A stretch of DNA of 64,000 bases, from contig NW_003314279.1 of assembly GCF_000143415.4 (NCBI RefSeq), positions 978,091 through 1,042,090 on the forward strand, in the 5' to 3' direction. Positions within the stretch are counted from its first letter, which is position 1, and each line of letters begins with the position of its first letter. Both the position numbers and the translations under genes were made by a program. The notes beneath the pieces were generated by a model. That model was not told where the DNA came from. It worked only from the letters and a program-made list of their open reading frames with translations, and did not search any database. The stretch comes from Selaginella moellendorffii. Its lineage: Eukaryota; Plantae; Lycopodiophyta. Below, in pieces: positions 63,479 to 64,000 of the stretch.

Positions 63479-64000
63479 GGATGTGAGAGCCGGGGCGCCG
63501 GACCGACGGCCACGATGCGCGCTGCAGCGTCTTCCATTGGCACAATCGCATTGTTTTTTCATTGTTTTTCGCCACCACCCGCGGCTATGGCGGATCGCCG
63601 TGCGCATTGCGCTTCATGGACGTCGCGTTCGCCACGCCATCTCGCGCCGGGCGCGCTGGCGATGGCCGATCTGGCGGCTTGATCACGTAGGGGAGAATAT
63701 CGCCTGTAGCCTCGCTCCTTCCAGTAGATTCTAGGGTTTTGGGCGATGGCGGGGGAGAGGCGGTCCGAGGTGCTGCGTCGGCGCCGGCCGCGCCAGGCCA
63801 ATGCTAGGGATTGAGCTGCTAGCTAGGGATTGTGTGTGTGTGGGCGCGCCTCGATCAGCGAGCTCTCTGGCGGGCTCCAAGTTTTCTTCCCAGGAGGGCG
63901 ATTCTTTTGCATGACAACGCTCACCCGGGCTTCCAGGCGCTGGCAGGAGAAGAGATTCATCGTCGATAGCGTAGCTACAGCATGGTTAACAAAGGAGTGA

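Overview
Gene-dense plant nuclear DNA with ~50-70 bp introns, very short intergenic spacers, PLS-class PPR fragments and an intraflagellar-transport gene. This fits a flagellated-sperm land plant, most likely the lycophyte Selaginella (inference). Left part (1-17.5 kb): a truncated plastid-type gene, mitochondrial PDH E1-alpha, UreF, a G2484-1/Agenet-type protein, ABCB28, an unexplained 82-aa ORF, ribosome recycling factor, a SWEET, LACS8/9 and a nepenthesin-like aspartic protease. Middle part (17.5-42.6 kb) is a rearranged accessory zone. It holds a duplicated protease/PPR block, a fold-back repeat, and a duplicated CLUAP1-SWEET-lectin block with reciprocal gene loss. It also holds a young 7.7-kb non-coding LTR element (TTAGT target-site duplication) nested in an old Ty3/gypsy relic. 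Finally it carries a small family (2 intact, 2 decayed copies) of secreted proteins fusing an unrecognised, fast-evolving N-terminal domain to a conserved bulb-type lectin. By eye that N-domain resembles KP4 killer-toxin-like proteins, and this family is the best candidate for a novel system. Right part (42.6-64 kb): PUT/LAT polyamine transporter, PEX11B, AWPM-19, an aspartate/glutamate-carrier-like mitochondrial carrier, a GT-2 trihelix factor, a coiled-coil protein, SPT5, a WAT1/UMAMIT transporter and ERD15. Spans of multi-exon genes run from start to stop codon. Exon limits and identities were read by eye, and no database search was run.
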